Shown piece after piece: positions 63,642 to 64,000 of a stretch of DNA of 64,000 bases. The position numbers and the translations under genes are program-made. The stretch spans positions 3,842 through 67,841 of the forward strand of contig JACRJB010000006.1 of assembly GCA_016215605.1 (NCBI GenBank), read 5' to 3'. The DNA comes from Rhodopseudomonas palustris (lineage in GTDB: Bacteria > Pseudomonadota > Alphaproteobacteria > Rhizobiales > Xanthobacteraceae). The number at the start of each line of letters is the position of its first letter. Positions within the stretch are counted from its first letter, which is position 1. The notes below the pieces were generated by a model, which was given only the letters and a program-made list of their open reading frames with translations, did no database searches and had not been told where the DNA came from.

Positions 63642-64000
63642 ATGACCAGGGCCGTACTCGGCATTATCGGCGGATCCGGCATCTATGATTTGCCGGGGCT
63701 CGAAGACGTCCGCGAGGAAGCGATCGCGAGCCCGTGGGGCGAGCCGTCCTCGGCGGTGCGACGCGGCACGATCGCCGGCCTGCCGATCGTGTTCATGCCG
63801 CGCCACGACAAGGGCCACCGGCTGTCGCCTTCCGACATCAACTACCGCGCCAATATCGACGTGCTGAAGCGCGCCGGGGTCACCGACCTGATCTCGCTGT
63901 CGGCCTGCGGCTCGTTCAAGGAGGAGCTGCCGCCCGGCACCTTCGTGCTGGTCGATCAGTTCGTCGATCGCACCTACAAGCGCGAGAGTTCGTTCTTCGG
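63642..64000 (+). CDS. mtnP: S-methyl-5'-thioadenosine phosphorylase, 5' part
   Basis: GIIGGSG, SPWGEPS, RHDKGH, INYRANI, ACGS, DQFVDRT; truncated by window end. Confidence 0.92.
   Translation, partial: MTRAVLGIIGGSGIYDLPGLEDVREEAIASPWGEPSSAVRRGTIAGLPIVFMPRHDKGHRLSPSDINYRANIDVLKRAGVTDLISLSACGSFKEELPPGTFVLVDQFVDRTYKRESSFF

Overview
High-GC alphaproteobacterial chromosome. Gene content and repeat families suggest Nitrobacteraceae/Bradyrhizobiaceae, Rhodopseudomonas-like (inference). Mostly core genes: rlmN, argG, rsmB, purH, DAHP synthase, ggt, the complete cbb3 oxidase cluster ccoNOQP-GHIS, paoABC, rpsT-dnaA-dnaN-recF-gyrB, msrA, recQ, mtnP. No rRNA, tRNA, CRISPR array or transposase was seen. 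Intergenic spacers carry dense palindromic repeats in about six families, several with a CGTC end tag. The top candidate for an undescribed system is a 95-aa GIY-YIG nuclease gene inserted between dnaN and recF and bracketed by a perfect 31-bp inverted pair of CGTC-type REPs. Its end (39 bp, 1 mismatch) recurs in an empty REP doublet at 611-686, suggesting an autonomous nuclease-REP cassette plus non-autonomous derivatives, analogous to RAYT/REPIN. The second highlight is an unannotated F-W-Y-F-Y-F leader-peptide attenuator in front of the DAHP synthase gene. Also seen: a ZTP riboswitch, a triple Pho box, FixK boxes, an EcfG promoter, GANTC clusters at gyrB and dnaA, a dnaA upstream ORF, an 18-bp palindrome at DUF2239, a degenerate FD-GYP protein and a 0.9-kb lower-GC islet. 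Starts were adjusted by eye; no database searches were run.
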